A DNA stretch of 64,000 nt from Tubiluchus corallicola. Taxonomy: Eukaryota; Animalia; Priapulida. A model generated the notes under the pieces. It did not search any database and was not told the origin of the DNA. It saw only the letters and a list, made by a program, of their open reading frames with translations. The stretch lies in assembly GCA_030141605.1 (NCBI GenBank), contig JAQGDQ010000042.1:248001-312000 (forward strand), in the 5' to 3' direction. Made by a program: the position numbers and the translations under genes. Of the stretch, positions 62,957 to 64,000 are shown piece by piece; the first letter of the stretch is position 1; every line of letters starts with the position of its first letter.

Positions 62957-64000
62957 GTAGGGCTAGGTGTATAAGCTCTGACTATGCTTTGGAACAGCTT
63001 CCAGCTTTCGTCGTCATCGTTGTCATAGTTACTATGGCTTCTCCTCTGTTGCTCTAAACATGGTAGTGCTGCTAGAATAGAGGTGTTAGAAGAAGAAGAC
63101 TACACAAAGACTATCTCGTGGCTGGAATGTTTGTTGGTGTTGTTACACAGTAGAAGCAGTTTTACGCAAAACAACTTAGGCATTTAGGCAACATCGTTCT
63201 GCATATCTTGATAGACAGATTGACATGTGTTTCTTGAGCTATGTTCGGTGTGGTGCTTTACAATAGTTATTGCTGGGTGTCTGCAAATTGTCCGATGTCA
63301 GTTATCATAGTTCCATTTAGGGTATAAACAACTGATACAGAATCAGTAGTCTCTACCATGGTGTTAGAATGGCTTAACATGCATGATTGTACTTGTCTTC
63401 ACCATAACTGGTGAAACAGAGTGTTAGAGTTAGCTCAGATCTATTGTTTGCTTGTAAGATAAATCCAGAATTTACATGTATTCCTATTGCTAACCTTCAT
63501 GAAATAATGTCTTATAACATTATATCTAATGTTTAAATGCCAAGTAGAACTAACATGAGAGTTAATTAAAATTTTCGATATTTTTTGTGTTCTGTTTCTG
63601 TCGGTAACAAGTATAAATTTAAACTTTTTCTGCGACTGTCTTTTTCCGTACATAACTTGTAATTGTTTCTGAAATTTTATGCTTCACATGCTTTTATAGG
63701 AAACTTGATTAAATGCTACATTTTGGAAGCAACGAAATGCACCGAATTTCTCGCAAAATTTTAGCTACAATAAAGTCTGAAAACCCTTAATTCTGATCTT
63801 TAAGACATTTTCATCAGATTACAATGTAAACTATTCCTGGATTTATCTGTGTTTTAGTTGTCTGTCTGTGATGTGGTTCTGTGGTACACTGTCAAAAAAT
63901 ACAATGATCTTCAATTATGATTGCATCAGATTTGTCAGTAGTAATAATATATATGAACTGATAAAAATAATAACTTTTATTATCAAGTCTGAATTTCGGT

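Overview
AT-rich animal (protostome invertebrate-like) genomic DNA, not prokaryotic. The main content is the 5' two-thirds of a voltage-gated sodium channel alpha-subunit gene (Nav1/para-like) on the + strand. About 25 coding exons from 26787 to 62956 splice in a consistent phase to about 1375 codons, covering the N-terminus, domain I, domain II and domain III S1-S4; the gene runs off the window. The selectivity-filter D (DI, QDYWE) and E (DII, GEWIE) are visible; the DIII/DIV K and A are not. The splicing architecture is rich: a minor-spliceosome AT-AC intron (30641-33333), a duplicated mutually exclusive DIII S3-S4 exon pair, a possible third degenerate stop-containing copy, a 9-nt microexon, several competing 3n+1 exon candidates in the DI-DII linker, an Rbfox-motif cluster at an alternative donor, and a far-upstream exon that could supply an alternative N-terminus or a uORF. 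Introns and the upstream region carry MITEs (hAT-, Kolobok-, Tigger/pogo- and Harbinger-like), including an inverted pair flanking exons 5-7, plus foldback hairpins, long microsatellites and small duplications. All calls come from reading the sequence by eye; no database searches were run.
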